Shown here: positions 59,491 to 59,501 of the stretch, one piece after another
Layout of the letters: each line of letters begins with the position of its first letter
Numbering within the stretch: the stretch's first letter is position 1
NCBI GenBank assembly: GCA_048883045.1
Contig: JBHLRA010000003.1
Location: forward strand, 1 to 59,501
DNA length: 59,501 bases
Source of the DNA: Candidatus Thorarchaeota archaeon
GTDB taxonomy: Archaea; Asgardarchaeota; Lokiarchaeia; Sigyniarchaeales; SOKP01
Direction: 5' to 3'
Made by a program: the position numbers and the translations under genes
The notes under the pieces: model-generated
Databases searched by the model: none
Seen by the model: the letters and a program-made list of their open reading frames with translations, nothing else
What the model was told of the DNA's origin: nothing

Positions 59491-59501
59491 AGTCTGCGGT
59501 C
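59491..59501. repeat. Right copy of 11-nt direct terminal repeat AGTCTGCGGTC
   Basis: Identical to 1..11. Confidence 0.95.

Noticed and set aside
1-59501. tRNA, rRNA, integrase/attP, repressor and CRISPR-Cas content
   Set aside because: The few intergenic regions (1649..1922, 2328..2434, 8021..8291, 29041..29515, 50433..50647, 51333..51462) showed no cloverleaf-like GC-rich segments. No tyrosine- or serine-recombinase motifs, or CI-like plus Cro-like divergent pair, were recognised. Absence is by eye only and should be confirmed with tRNAscan and HMM searches.

Overview
The window looks like a complete, AT-rich (about one-third GC by eye) tailed-phage genome of about 59.5 kb. The first and last 11 nt are identical (AGTCTGCGGTC). 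Nearly all coding capacity is on the minus strand. Genes are tightly packed, with frequent ATGA/TAATG stop-start overlaps and GGAGG-type ribosome-binding sites.

Gene order, reading the minus strand from the right end:
- a GC-rich putative cos region and a Nu1-like HTH protein (candidate small terminase)
- a ~5-kb island of glycosyl-, methyl- and sulfotransferase-like genes plus Cys-rich microproteins
- a lambda GpA-type large terminase
- the only plus-strand cassette, with its own terminator
- a lambda-like head module: gpW, portal, S49 protease/scaffold, decoration-like protein, gpE-type capsid
- inserted fibre-like and secreted accessory genes
- a tail module: Z-like protein, tube, G/GT chaperone with a canonical G_GGA_AAA -1 frameshift, tape measure, distal tail proteins
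- a second island with five glycan-enzyme genes
- two sigma-70-like factors and a 3D-domain wall hydrolase
- a replication/recombination/DNA-modification module: Rad3/DinG-type Fe-S helicase, short C5-MTase-like protein, PD-(D/E)XK nuclease, ParB-like plus PAPS-reductase-like (IbrB/IbrA-type) pair, ERCC4 nuclease, and a UDG-fused family A polymerase

No integrase, repressor, tRNA, rRNA, CRISPR array or reverse transcriptase was recognised.

The most unusual content falls in three groups:
1. Three tandem cassettes of an imperfect hexanucleotide array at 27.17-28.13 kb. They are open in five of six frames and encode hydroxy-amino-acid/X dipeptide repeats. They lie directly downstream of GT-B/GT4 glycosyltransferases.
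2. Three virion-module proteins carry very long Ser/Thr/Cys tracts that share an exact 17-mer.
3. There are at least five glycosyltransferase-like, four SAM-methyltransferase-like and two sulfotransferase-like genes.

Together these suggest an undescribed phage-encoded protein glycosylation/decoration system. That link is inference only.

All homology statements come from motif recognition by eye, not database searches. Coordinates of features not in the ORF track may be off by a few nt.
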